A DNA stretch of 32,000 nucleotides, taken from NCBI RefSeq assembly GCF_000829155.1, contig NZ_AP013293.1, forward strand, positions 30,001 through 62,000, written 5' to 3'. A program made the position numbers and the translations under genes. Below are positions 9,260 through 18,912 of this stretch, piece by piece. Every line of letters begins with the position of its first letter. Position 1 is the stretch's first letter. A model generated the notes under the pieces. The model was given only the letters and a program-made list of their open reading frames with translations, was not told the DNA's origin and did not search any database. Source of the stretch: Candidatus Karelsulcia muelleri PSPU. GTDB taxonomy: Bacteria > Bacteroidota > Bacteroidia > Flavobacteriales > Blattabacteriaceae.

Positions 9260-10099
9260 ATGAAAAAAAAATATTTTTTATTTTCAATGAAAAAGAGTTT
9301 TAACCTTTCAAAGGAAATAGCTCATTATTATGGAAATATAATATATAGTAAAAAATTTTCTGAATCTGTTAGAGGATATAGTATTTTTTTAATTGGATCT
9401 ATATTACATCATATAGATGATGTAAATGAATTATTATTTATGTGTAATGAAGCATTCCGTGTAGGAGTAAAAAATATAATTTTAATTATTCCATTTTTTA
9501 AATTAAATATAAAAAATGATTTTTGTTTTATAAAACATTTATTTAGCCATTTAATGGCTTTTCCTTTAATAAAAAAAATTATTACAATGGATTTAAATTT
9601 AATGCGATATATTTTTAATATAAAATATATAGATTATTCTATAATTTTAAAAAAATATTTAAAAAAAAAAAAGTTAGATAATATATCAATAGCTTATAAT
9701 TATAATATAGGAGTTGATAGAGCAAATATATATGCTAAATTTTTAAAAACTGATATCGTTTTTTGTTTTAAAAAAAAAAATAAACTTATGAATAATATAA
9801 AATATGAAAATATAAAAAATAAAAATCTATTTATAATAGATAATTTATTATTTACAGCAAATACTCTTTTAATGGTAACAAATATGTTTAAAAACCAAGG
9901 TGCTAAAAGTATAAGAGCTATTGTGACTCATCCAGTTTTATCAGAAAATGCATATAAAAATATAGAAAAATCTTTTTTAGAAGAACTTATAGTAAGTAAT
10001 ACAATGGAAATAGATAATAAAAAATTATTAACTAAAATTAGTATTTTAACTTGTGCAAACATTTTTGCAGAATTTATGCATTTTATAACAAAAAAATAA
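9260..10099 (+). CDS. prs: Ribose-phosphate pyrophosphokinase homologue with eroded catalytic motifs (possibly inactive)
   Basis: 279 aa. Homology is clear in ESVRG..IFLIGS, NELLFMCNEAFR, IILIIPFF and GAKSIRAIVTHPVLSENAYKNIEKSFLEELIVSNT. The RQDR, DLH and DDxxDTGGT motifs are replaced (see findings). Confidence 0.7.
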   Translation: MKKKYFLFSMKKSFNLSKEIAHYYGNIIYSKKFSESVRGYSIFLIGSILHHIDDVNELLFMCNEAFRVGVKNIILIIPFFKLNIKNDFCFIKHLFSHLMAFPLIKKIITMDLNLMRYIFNIKYIDYSIILKKYLKKKKLDNISIAYNYNIGVDRANIYAKFLKTDIVFCFKKKNKLMNNIKYENIKNKNLFIIDNLLFTANTLLMVTNMFKNQGAKSIRAIVTHPVLSENAYKNIEKSFLEELIVSNTMEIDNKKLLTKISILTCANIFAEFMHFITKK

Positions 10100-10108
10100 T
10101 ATATTTAA

Positions 10109-10681
10109 ATGAATTGTATAAATATTCAAGGAAAAAAAAGAAAAGAAATAAAAAAAAAATATAATAGTGAATTAAGAAATTATGGTTATATACCTTGTAT
10201 AATATATAGTAAAAATAAAAATATAAAATTTTATTTATTATTATCAATATTAAAAAAAATAATTTTAACTTATAAAGTATATAAAGTAATTTTATCAATT
10301 AAAAATGAAAATAAAATAGAAGCTATTTTAAAAGAAATACAATTTAATCCAATAAATGATGAAATTATACATGTAGATTTTTTTGAATTAAAAAAAGATA
10401 AATATATTATTATTTCAATTCCTATAATATCTGTAGGTCATTCTTTAGGAGTTTCTAAAGGAGGGGAATATAAATTATTTTTAAATAAAATTAAAATTAA
10501 AATAATTACTGATGATATATTAGATCATATAGATCTAAATATTAATAATTTAGATATAGGAGATAGTTTATATATAAAAAATATATATAATCCTAAGTAT
10601 ATTATACTTCATAATAGTAATGAAGTAATAGCGTCAATAAAATCGTCTAGAACTTATATAAAAGAAGTACATGAAAAATAA
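10109..10681 (+). CDS. rplY: 50S ribosomal protein L25 (long Ctc form)
   Basis: 190 aa. LRNYGYIPCIIYSKNKNIKF and ILKEIQFNPINDEIIHVDFFEL match the L25/Ctc N-terminal domain. Confidence 0.8.
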   Translation: MNCINIQGKKRKEIKKKYNSELRNYGYIPCIIYSKNKNIKFYLLLSILKKIILTYKVYKVILSIKNENKIEAILKEIQFNPINDEIIHVDFFELKKDKYIIISIPIISVGHSLGVSKGGEYKLFLNKIKIKIITDDILDHIDLNINNLDIGDSLYIKNIYNPKYIILHNSNEVIASIKSSRTYIKEVHEK

Positions 10682-12338
10682 AAATATATATAAAAAACGT
10701 TATACTGTAACCGCAGCATTACCATATGCTAATGGACCAATACACATTGGTCATTTATCAGGAGTTTATTTACCAGCAGATATATTTGTGCGTTATCTTA
10801 AATATAATGGTAAAAAAGTTATTTTTATTTCTGGAACAGATGAACATGGTGTACCTATAACAATAAAAGCAAAAGAAGAAGGTTTAACTAAAAAAAAAAT
10901 AGTAGATAAATATCATATATTAATAAAAAAATCATTAAAAAAAATCGGTATATTATTTGATAATTTTTCACGTACTACATCTAAAATACATTATAAAACA
11001 TCTATATCTTTTTTTAAAAAACTTTATAAAAAAAAAAAAATTCTTGAAAGAGAAACTGAACATTATTATGATAATAAAGTCAATAAATTTTTACCTGATA
11101 GATATATATTAGGAATATGTCCTAAATGTAATTATAATATAGCATATGGTGATCAATGTGAAAAATGTGGATTTTCCATTTCTCCTGAAGAATTAATAAA
11201 ACCTTATTCTTATTTTACTGGAGTAAAACCAATTTTAAAAAAAACTAAACATTGGTATTTACCATTAAATAAATATCAAAATTTTTTAGAAAAATGTATA
11301 AAAAATAAAAAAAAAATTAAAAAAAATGTTTATGGACAAATAAAATCATTGCTTAATGAAGGATTAAAAACTCGTGCGATTACAAGAGATTTAAATTGGG
11401 GGATACCTATACCAATTCCTAATAATATTGGAAAAGTTTTATATGTATGGTTTGAAGCTCCTATAGGATATATTTCCTCTACTATAGAATGGAGTTTAAA
11501 AAAAGGGAAAAAATGGGAAAAATATTGGAAATATACAAATACTGCTATTATTAATTTTATAGGAAAAGATAATATTATATTCCATTGTATAATATTTCCT
11601 ATTATGCTTAAAATTCATGGTAATTATATCTTACCAGATAATGTTCCTGCTAATGAATTTCTTAATATTGAAAATAAAAAAATATCTACTTCTAAAAAGT
11701 GGGCTGTATGGTTACATGAATATTTAGAAGATTTTCCAAATAAAGAAGATGTTTTAAGATATGTACTTATTTCTAATATGCCTGAAACAAAAGATACTAA
11801 TTTTAGTTGGAAAGATTTTAAACAAAAAAATAATTCAGAATTAGTTTCAATTTTAGGAAATTTTGTTAATAGAGTAGTTGTTCTTACAAAGAGATATTTT
11901 AATGGAAAAGTGCCTTATTCAGATAAATTATATAAAAAAGATTTATATATATTAGATAATATAAAAAAAAGTACTTTAAAAATAGGATTTTTTATAGAAA
12001 AATATAATTTTAAATATGCTCTTATTAAATTTATGAATTTAGCACGTTTAGGTAATAAATATTTAACTTTAGAAGAACCATGGAAAAAATTTAAATTAAA
12101 TAAAAAAAGAGTTAAAACTATTATATATATATCTTTACAAATAATAGGTGCATTAGGATATTTATCAAATCCTTTTTTACCTTTTACATCTAAAAAAATT
12201 TTAAAAATGTTAAATTTAAAAAAAAAAAAATGGAATTTTATACTAAAAAGTAATGAAATTGTAAAACCTGGATTAAAATTATTAGAATTTAATTTTTTAT
12301 TTAAAAAAATAAAAAAATTAATTAAAAATTATGAATAA
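10671..12338 (+). CDS. metG: Methionyl-tRNA synthetase (short form without a C-terminal tRNA-binding appendix)
   Basis: 555 aa. TAALPYANGPIHIGHLSG is the HIGH motif. CPKCNYNIAYGDQCEKCG is the zinc knuckle. KISTSKKW is the KMSKS motif. The start overlaps the rplY end by 11 nt. Confidence 0.95.
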   Translation: MKNKNIYKKRYTVTAALPYANGPIHIGHLSGVYLPADIFVRYLKYNGKKVIFISGTDEHGVPITIKAKEEGLTKKKIVDKYHILIKKSLKKIGILFDNFSRTTSKIHYKTSISFFKKLYKKKKILERETEHYYDNKVNKFLPDRYILGICPKCNYNIAYGDQCEKCGFSISPEELIKPYSYFTGVKPILKKTKHWYLPLNKYQNFLEKCIKNKKKIKKNVYGQIKSLLNEGLKTRAITRDLNWGIPIPIPNNIGKVLYVWFEAPIGYISSTIEWSLKKGKKWEKYWKYTNTAIINFIGKDNIIFHCIIFPIMLKIHGNYILPDNVPANEFLNIENKKISTSKKWAVWLHEYLEDFPNKEDVLRYVLISNMPETKDTNFSWKDFKQKNNSELVSILGNFVNRVVVLTKRYFNGKVPYSDKLYKKDLYILDNIKKSTLKIGFFIEKYNFKYALIKFMNLARLGNKYLTLEEPWKKFKLNKKRVKTIIYISLQIIGALGYLSNPFLPFTSKKILKMLNLKKKKWNFILKSNEIVKPGLKLLEFNFLFKKIKKLIKNYE

Positions 12339-12470
12339 ACTTCTTTTTTTTAAGTAAAAAAGATATAGTATATTAGTATTTAATATAAATAAAAAATAAT
12401 TATTATTTATCTCATTTTTCTTAGAGATTTAGTAATTATATAATTTTTTTTATAAAAAGTGAAATAAAAG

Positions 12471-12743
12471 ATGCCAAAATTAAATATAAAAAAATATAAG
12501 TCTTTTTTTTTAGAGAGTTTTTTAGTATTTACTATAGGTTCTAAATTAGCCAATTTAAGAATTTCTGAATTATTAATAATTAAAAAAAAAATAATAAATC
12601 TTATATATTTTCTAGATAAACATTTAATGTTTTATTATTTCGATAAGAATTCTTCTATAATTAAGAATTATATATTAATAATAATTATTTTTCTTTTTCT
12701 TAAAAGATTGAGAAAAATAAATGTAATAAAATTTTTTTTATAA
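12471..12743 (+). CDS. Hypothetical 90-aa ORF in the metG-lgt spacer (doubtful; possible gene relic)
   Basis: It is only an open frame. The I/K/L/F-rich sequence has no recognisable motif, and this length is not clearly beyond chance in such AT-rich DNA. Confidence 0.12.
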   Translation: MPKLNIKKYKSFFLESFLVFTIGSKLANLRISELLIIKKKIINLIYFLDKHLMFYYFDKNSSIIKNYILIIIIFLFLKRLRKINVIKFFL

Positions 12744-12758
12744 AAGTATTAGTTTTTA

Positions 12759-12776
12759 GGGTCGGGTAGGGTAGGG
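12759..12776 (+). other. Isolated G-tract GGGTCGGGTAGGGTAGGG (canonical G3-N2-G3-N2-G3-N2-G3 quadruplex motif)
   Basis: Read directly at 12759-12776. It has four GGG runs with 2-nt loops. It lies 16 nt after the stop of ORF 12471..12743 and 112 nt before the lgt ATG. No complementary C-tract lies nearby. Confidence 0.5.
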
Positions 12777-12887
12777 TAATATTATTAAATTACTTACTAA
12801 TAGTTTTTTTTATTAAAAACTTTAAAATAAGAGGTAAATTTTATAATAATAAATAAATTTAAAGACATATTATATGATAAAAGTTAT

Positions 12888-13757
12888 ATGATATTATATA
12901 TTAATTGGGATCCAATTAAATTAATAAATATATGTGGTTATAATATATATACATATAGTATACTATTTATAGTATGTTTTTTTTTTGGAGTAAAAAAAAT
13001 ATTTTTAATTTTTAAAAAAAATGAATTAGGATTAAAAAAAATAGATTATTTTATATTATATAGTCAAATAGGTTTTCTGCTTGGAGCAAGAATATTTCAT
13101 ATAATATTTTATAATTTTTTTTTTTTTAAAAAAAACATAATTGAAGCTATTTTTCCAATTCATAAGAAAATAAATTCTTATTTTTTTTTTTTTATAAAAA
13201 ATTATAAATTTATAGGATATCAAGGATTATCTAGTCATGGGGCCGCTATAGGTTTATTAATATCAATATTAATATATAATAAATTTTTTTTTAAAAAAAA
13301 AAAAAATTGGCTTTGTGATAAAATTTGTCTTATTTTTACTTTAAGTAGTTCCTTAATAAGGATAGGCAATTTATTTAATTCTGAAATTTTAGGAAAAAAA
13401 TGCAATATAATTTTTTCTATATATTTTATACAAATACATTATGATAAGATTTTTCATATAAAAAGACATCCTTCTCAATTATATGAATCTATTTTATATT
13501 TATTATTATCTAATATAATTATTTTTTTTTTAAAAAAAAAAAAATTTAAAAAAAATTTATTTTTTCTCTGTTTAATTAGATTTATTTTAGAATTTTTAAA
13601 AGAACCTCAAAAAAATGAATATTTTACAATAAAAATTTTTAATACAGGACAATTATTAAGTATTCCTTTTATAATTATTGGATTTTATTTATTAAATAAT
13701 AAAAATATTAAAAATTTTTATTATACGTTTTATAGATTCTTTTTTTCCTATTATTGA
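12888..13757 (+). CDS. lgt: Prolipoprotein diacylglyceryl transferase
   Basis: 289 aa polytopic protein. GLSSHGAAIGLLISILIY, IRIGNLFNSEILGKK (Lgt GNFxNxE signature) and RHPSQLYESILYLLL (HPxQLYE) are present. Confidence 0.82.
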   Translation: MILYINWDPIKLINICGYNIYTYSILFIVCFFFGVKKIFLIFKKNELGLKKIDYFILYSQIGFLLGARIFHIIFYNFFFFKKNIIEAIFPIHKKINSYFFFFIKNYKFIGYQGLSSHGAAIGLLISILIYNKFFFKKKKNWLCDKICLIFTLSSSLIRIGNLFNSEILGKKCNIIFSIYFIQIHYDKIFHIKRHPSQLYESILYLLLSNIIIFFLKKKKFKKNLFFLCLIRFILEFLKEPQKNEYFTIKIFNTGQLLSIPFIIIGFYLLNNKNIKNFYYTFYRFFFSYY

Positions 13758-15194
13758 TATAATTAAAAATATATCTAATCCTTTTAAGGATCCTACCATA
13801 GATAAACGTAAAAGCTGTAGAATATAATTTTTATTTATATTTTTATAAAAAATACATTTATTAATTTTTTTTTTTATATTTAAAAAATCAAATTTTTTTA
13901 CATATAAAAGTAAATTTTTAATTTGATGTAAATGTTTAATACTATTATTAGTATGTATTTTTGTTATACAAAACAAATCATATTTTATTTTTTTTTTAAA
14001 AAAAAAAATTGTGTTATCAACAATTTCATGTAAAAATGAAAATTTTTTTCTAAAAATATTTAAAATTAAATAAATTAAATTATTTTTAATATAAATTATA
14101 TTACGTTTTTTTAATTCTTTTTTAAAAAAAAAAAAAATATCTTTAGATGATTTTAATTGTAAATATTTATTATTAAACCAATTTGTTTTTTTATAATTAA
14201 ATTTAGCCGAAGATTTATTAATCTTTTTAAGATCAAAAATTGATATTAATTCTTTTAAAGAAAAAATTTCTTTTGAACCTCCAGGATTCCAACCTAATAA
14301 AACTAACATATTTATAAAAGCTTCATAAGAATAACCTAATTCTCTATACCCTTTAGTTTTTTTCCATTTTAATGGAAAAATTGGAAAAATATATTTATTT
14401 ATATTTCTTTTACTAATTTTTCCTTTTCCTATTGGATTTAATATTAATGGTAAATGTAAAAAATATGGAGGATCCCAATCAAAAGATTTATATAAAAGTA
14501 AATTTATTGGCATAGATGGTAACCATTCTTCACCTTTTATAACATGAGAAATGTTCATTAAATGATCATCAATTACATTAGCTAAATGGTATGTAGGAGT
14601 TTCATCAGATTTAAATAAAATTTTATCATCTAATGATTTATAATTTATATAAATTTTACCTCTAATAAGATCTAATATTTCTATATTAGAATATTTTGGT
14701 ATTTTATATCTTATAACATAAGGTATTCCTTTATTTATTTTGTAAAAAGTTTCTTCATTAGAAAGATTTAACGAATTATCTAATTTTTTTCTATTAGAAT
14801 AATTATATAAAAAAAAATCTCCATTTTTTTTATAATCATTTCTTAATTTTTCTAATTTTTTTTTTTTATCAAAAGCATAATAAGCAAAATTATTATTTAA
14901 TAAATATTTTATATATTTTTTATATATTTTATTTCTTTCTGATTGACTATAAGGTCCATAATATCCTTTAATTGTTGGACCTTCATCAGTCTTAATTCCA
15001 CACCATTTAAGAGATTCAATTATATAATTTTCAGCACCAAACATCAATCTTGATTGATCTGTATCTTCTATTCTTAATAGAAATTTTCCATTATTTTTTT
15101 TAGCAAATAAATAATTATATAAAGCTGTTCTAATGCTTCCTATATGAAGTGGTCCAGTTGGACTAGGAGCAAAACGAACTCTAATTTTTTTCAT
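13692..15194 (-). CDS. gltX: Glutamyl-tRNA synthetase
   Basis: 500 aa. RVRFAPSPTGPLHIGSIRTALYNYLFAK is the HIGH region. LRIEDTDQSR is present. GKISKRN is the KMSKS-type motif. Confidence 0.93.
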   Translation of the reverse strand: MKKIRVRFAPSPTGPLHIGSIRTALYNYLFAKKNNGKFLLRIEDTDQSRLMFGAENYIIESLKWCGIKTDEGPTIKGYYGPYSQSERNKIYKKYIKYLLNNNFAYYAFDKKKKLEKLRNDYKKNGDFFLYNYSNRKKLDNSLNLSNEETFYKINKGIPYVIRYKIPKYSNIEILDLIRGKIYINYKSLDDKILFKSDETPTYHLANVIDDHLMNISHVIKGEEWLPSMPINLLLYKSFDWDPPYFLHLPLILNPIGKGKISKRNINKYIFPIFPLKWKKTKGYRELGYSYEAFINMLVLLGWNPGGSKEIFSLKELISIFDLKKINKSSAKFNYKKTNWFNNKYLQLKSSKDIFFFFKKELKKRNIIYIKNNLIYLILNIFRKKFSFLHEIVDNTIFFFKKKIKYDLFCITKIHTNNSIKHLHQIKNLLLYVKKFDFLNIKKKINKCIFYKNINKNYILQLLRLSMVGSLKGLDIFLIISIIGKKESIKRIIKIFNIFII

Positions 15195-15213
15195 AGTTTT
15201 TTTTTAAAAAGAC

Positions 15214-16017
15214 TTAAATTCCTCCAACTATTTCAAGAATTTCTTTTGTAATTTTTTCTTTTCTTAATTTATTATAAAAAAATAATAATTCATTTTTTAT
15301 TTTAATTCCATTATCTTTTGCTTTATGCATTGCTATCATTCTTGATAAATGTTCTGAAGTTATTGATTCTAAAATAGAATTATATATTTTTATTTTTAAT
15401 ATTTTAGGAATTAAAAATTTTAATATTTTTTTTTTATAAGGTTCAAAAATATAATTGAGATTATATATTTTTTTTTTTTTAAAAGGTAAAATTTTTTTAA
15501 TTGAAATTAATTTATAATTATTATATATAATTTTTATTTCACTAAAAAAACCTTTTAAAAATTTCTTATAAAAAATGTTTACTATTGTAGATAAATTTTC
15601 TTCATTAAGATTATCAATTAATTTATTATTATATAAAAAAATTTGATATTTTTTTTCTAAATATTTTTTTCCAATTTTTCCTATTGGAAATAGATATATA
15701 TTTTCTTTAAAATATTTTTTTTTAATTAATTTTTCTATTGTTTTTAACAAAAAATTATTAAAAGATCCACAAAGACCACGATTTGATGTTATTATTATTA
15801 ATAGTATATTTTTTTTATTTTTTTTTATTTTTATTTTTTTTTTATTTATTAAAATAAAATAAAATTTTTCTATTTTTTTTTTATATAATTTTAAATTGAT
15901 AATTTTATTTTTAAATTTTTTTAATTTTACAGACGAAACCATTTTCATGGCATTTGTCATTTTTATAATAGAACTTACTGTTTTAACTCTACTTATTATT
16001 TCTTTTAAATTAGACAT
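15214..16017 (-). CDS. atpG: ATP synthase F1 gamma subunit
   Basis: 267 aa. The N-terminus is MSNLKEIISRVKTVSSIIKMTNAMKMVSSVKL. TSNRGLCGSFNN is present. The C-terminus is ITKEILEIVGG. Confidence 0.88.
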   Translation of the reverse strand: MSNLKEIISRVKTVSSIIKMTNAMKMVSSVKLKKFKNKIINLKLYKKKIEKFYFILINKKKIKIKKNKKNILLIIITSNRGLCGSFNNFLLKTIEKLIKKKYFKENIYLFPIGKIGKKYLEKKYQIFLYNNKLIDNLNEENLSTIVNIFYKKFLKGFFSEIKIIYNNYKLISIKKILPFKKKKIYNLNYIFEPYKKKILKFLIPKILKIKIYNSILESITSEHLSRMIAMHKAKDNGIKIKNELLFFYNKLRKEKITKEILEIVGGI

Positions 16018-16027
16018 AATAAAAAAA

Positions 16028-17614
16028 TTAATTTTTAAATGTAAAATTATTAATTAATGTTAATACAACATTATTTAATATTGATCTAATTTTATTATTT
16101 AATTTACCTTTTTCTAATAAATTTATTATTTCGGGATAATTTTCATTTAAATTATTTAAATAAATTTTTTCAAAATTTTTAATTTTATTAATTGGTATCT
16201 CTTTAAGAAGATTATTTGTACCAGCATATATAATTGCTATTTGATTTCCTAATCTATAAGGAGAATTAATTGATTGTTTTAATATTTCTATATTTCTTTT
16301 TCCTTTTTCAATAATATTTTTTGTAATAAAATCTAAATCAGAACCAAATTGAGAAAAAGATTCTAATTCTCTAAATTGAGCTTGATCTAATTTAAAAGTA
16401 CATGATATTTTTTTCATTGATTTAATTTGTGCTGAAGCACCTACTCTTGAAACAGATATACCTTCATTTATTGCAGGACGTATTCCTGAATTAAAAAGAT
16501 TGGTTTCTAAAAAAATTTGGCCATCTGTTATTGATATAACATTTGTAGGAATGTATGATGATACATCACCAGATTGTGTTTCTATTATTGGTAAAGATGT
16601 TAAAGAACCCCCACCTAAAATTTTTGTTTTTATACTTTTTGGTATGTCATTCATTTTAGATGCAACTTTGTTATCACTTATTATTTTAGATGAACGTTCT
16701 AATAAACGTGAATGTAAATAAAAAATATCACCTGGATATGCTTCTCTTCCAGGAGGCCTACGTAATAATAAAGATATTTCTCTATATGCTACGGCTTGTT
16801 TAGATAAATCATCATATATAATTAAAGAGGAACGTCCAGTATCTCTAAAAAATTCACCTATTGCCGTACCAGAAAAAGGAGCAAAAACCTGCATTGCAGC
16901 AGAATCTGAAGCATTTGCAGTTAATATAACTGTATATGAGAGAGCCTCATTTTTTTCTAATAATTTAACTATACTAGCTAGAGTTGAAGCTTTTTGACCA
17001 ATTGAGACATAAATACAATAAACTGGATTTTCCATATCCTTAAATTTTTTTTGATTAATTATAGTATCTATAGCTATAGTTGTTTTTCCAGTTTGTCTAT
17101 CTCCTATTATTAATTCTCTTTGCCCTCTTCCTATAGGTATCATAGAATCTATACATTTTATACCAGTTTGTAGAGGTTCTATTACAGGTTCTCTAAAAAT
17201 GACCCCTGGGGCTTTTCTTTCTAATGGCATTAAAAAAACTTCTCCAGAAATAGGTCCTTTTCCATCAATAGGAACCCCTAAACTATTTATAACACGACCT
17301 AACATACCTTCTCCCACATTTATAGAAAATATCATTCCGGTTCTTATAACTTTATCACCTTCTTTTATTCCTTTAAAAGGATCAATTAAGATAATTCCTA
17401 CATTTTCTTCTTCTAAATTAAGAACAATTCCTTTTATTTGATTTTCAAATTCAACTATTTCTCCATAAATTGCATTATTTAATCCATAAACATTAGCGAC
17501 TCCATCTCCTATATTAATTATTATTCCTGATTCAATTATATCATTTTTATAATTAAAATCTGAAATTTTTTTTTTAATTAAAACTGATATATCAGCATAA
17601 TGTTTTTTTAACAT
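16028..17614 (-). CDS. atpA: ATP synthase F1 alpha subunit
   Basis: 528 aa. [20 protein letters not shown] is the Walker A motif. [44 protein letters not shown] is near-invariant alpha sequence. Confidence 0.97.
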   Translation of the reverse strand: MLKKHYADISVLIKKKISDFNYKNDIIESGIIINIGDGVANVYGLNNAIYGEIVEFENQIKGIVLNLEEENVGIILIDPFKGIKEGDKVIRTGMIFSINVGEGMLGRVINSLGVPIDGKGPISGEVFLMPLERKAPGVIFREPVIEPLQTGIKCIDSMIPIGRGQRELIIGDRQTGKTTIAIDTIINQKKFKDMENPVYCIYVSIGQKASTLASIVKLLEKNEALSYTVILTANASDSAAMQVFAPFSGTAIGEFFRDTGRSSLIIYDDLSKQAVAYREISLLLRRPPGREAYPGDIFYLHSRLLERSSKIISDNKVASKMNDIPKSIKTKILGGGSLTSLPIIETQSGDVSSYIPTNVISITDGQIFLETNLFNSGIRPAINEGISVSRVGASAQIKSMKKISCTFKLDQAQFRELESFSQFGSDLDFITKNIIEKGKRNIEILKQSINSPYRLGNQIAIIYAGTNNLLKEIPINKIKNFEKIYLNNLNENYPEIINLLEKGKLNNKIRSILNNVVLTLINNFTFKN

Positions 17615-18137
17615 AAAGATTATTATGTTTTTTTAAAAAATTATTAATTGTAAAATTATAATAATTAAAGTTTTTTTTAATAATAAATCCGCCAATTATA
17701 TTGGTATTAATATAATTATTTATAATTATTGTTTTTTTTTTATAAAGGTAAACTTTTTTTTGTGTTAAAAAAACATTATATATTAATATATTAATTTTTT
17801 CTTTTGAAAAAAGAAAAATATTATCTATTTTATATTTAGATTTAAACAATATAATATAATTAAAAAGAATATTAATAAATAAAAAATTTAAATTATTTTT
17901 AATAATTAAATTAATTAATTTTAAAATTAAAAAGTTTTTTTTTTTAAAAAAAGAACTAAAATATTCATTTTCTAAAAATGAATATTTTATAAAATTATTT
18001 AGAATAGGGTTATATTTTATAATAAATAAAATTTTTTCTATTTCATTTTTTATAAAAATTTCTTTCTTATAAGAAGAAACATAAAAAAAAAAACAATTAA
18101 CATTTCTTTTAACAGAAATTTTATATTTTAAATTCAT
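17592..18137 (-). CDS. atpH: ATP synthase F1 delta (OSCP) subunit, highly diverged
   Basis: 181 aa in the expected position between atpF and atpA. Only the C-terminal OSCP-like [12 protein letters not shown]...INNFLKK is recognisable. It overlaps the atpA start by 23 nt. Confidence 0.62.
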   Translation of the reverse strand: MNLKYKISVKRNVNCFFFYVSSYKKEIFIKNEIEKILFIIKYNPILNNFIKYSFLENEYFSSFFKKKNFLILKLINLIIKNNLNFLFINILFNYIILFKSKYKIDNIFLFSKEKINILIYNVFLTQKKVYLYKKKTIIINNYINTNIIGGFIIKKNFNYYNFTINNFLKKHNNLYVKKTLC

Positions 18138-18139
18138 TT

Positions 18140-18613
18140 TTAATAAATTATATTTTGGATTAAATCTTTAACAAAAAAATTATTTTTTTTTTTTAAAATT
18201 CTTTCTGAAAGAATAATAGAATTATTTAATATTTCTTTTTTAAATTCTTCTAAAGCCATTTTTTTATTATTATTTATTAATAAATTTGTTTTTTTTATTA
18301 AAGAATCACATATTAAAATTGCTTTTTTTTTAGCTTCTTTTTCAATTTTTTTTTTTCTTTTAAAAGCTTCATTTATAATTAAATTTTTCATTATTTCAGT
18401 TTTTTTTATTATTTGATTTTTTTTATTTTTTATTTCTTTTATTTGATTTTTTTTTTTTTTTGCATCATTTATTGAATCTAAAATAAATTTTTCACGATTT
18501 TCTATAAAATTATTGATTGGTTTCCAAGCAAAACTGCTAAGTAAAATAAATGAAATTAAAAATATTATTGATTGCCAAAATATTAAACCTAAAGCAGGCG
18601 TCATTAAATCCAT
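18140..18613 (-). CDS. atpF: ATP synthase F0 b subunit
   Basis: 157 aa. It has one N-terminal TM segment (LGLIFWQSIIFLISFILLSSFAWKPINNFIENRE) followed by a long charged helix. The operon position fits. Confidence 0.8.
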   Translation of the reverse strand: MDLMTPALGLIFWQSIIFLISFILLSSFAWKPINNFIENREKFILDSINDAKKKKNQIKEIKNKKNQIIKKTEIMKNLIINEAFKRKKKIEKEAKKKAILICDSLIKKTNLLINNNKKMALEEFKKEILNNSIILSERILKKKNNFFVKDLIQNIIY

Positions 18614-18626
18614 ATATCATATTTAA

Positions 18627-18848
18627 TTATTTTAATACGGCTAATAAAGCCGTTACTATTCCAAATAAAGATGCTCCTTCTAGAAGAGCTGCAGATATTA
18701 TCATAGCAGTTTGTATTTTATTTGAAGCTTCTGGTTGCCTTGCTATGGCTTCCATAGCAGAACCTCCAATTTTTCCTATGCCTAATCCTGCACCTACTAC
18801 TGCTATTCCGGCACCTAAAACAGATAATCCGACAAAATTTGAATCCAT
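18627..18848 (-). CDS. atpE: ATP synthase F0 c subunit
   Basis: 73 aa. The Gly-rich helix is GAGIAVVGAGLGIGKIGG. The loop is AIARQPEA. The second helix is MIISAALLEGASLFGIV, carrying the essential Glu. Confidence 0.93.
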   Translation of the reverse strand: MDSNFVGLSVLGAGIAVVGAGLGIGKIGGSAMEAIARQPEASNKIQTAMIISAALLEGASLFGIVTALLAVLK

Positions 18849-18912
18849 AAATTAAAAAAATCTAATGATTAGATTTTAAAATCTACTGAATAAGTGTAAT
18901 TATAAAAGTTAA

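Noticed and set aside
12339-12887. The G-tract spacer as a fragment of tmRNA, RNase P RNA or SRP RNA
   Set aside because: On either strand I could not find the diagnostic elements. There is no GGTTCGA-type T-arm with a CCA-proximal acceptor, no GAGGAAAGTCC or ACAGAA-type RNase P blocks, and no GGAAG/AGCA SRP domain IV motif. It is kept as an unexplained motif in the findings instead.
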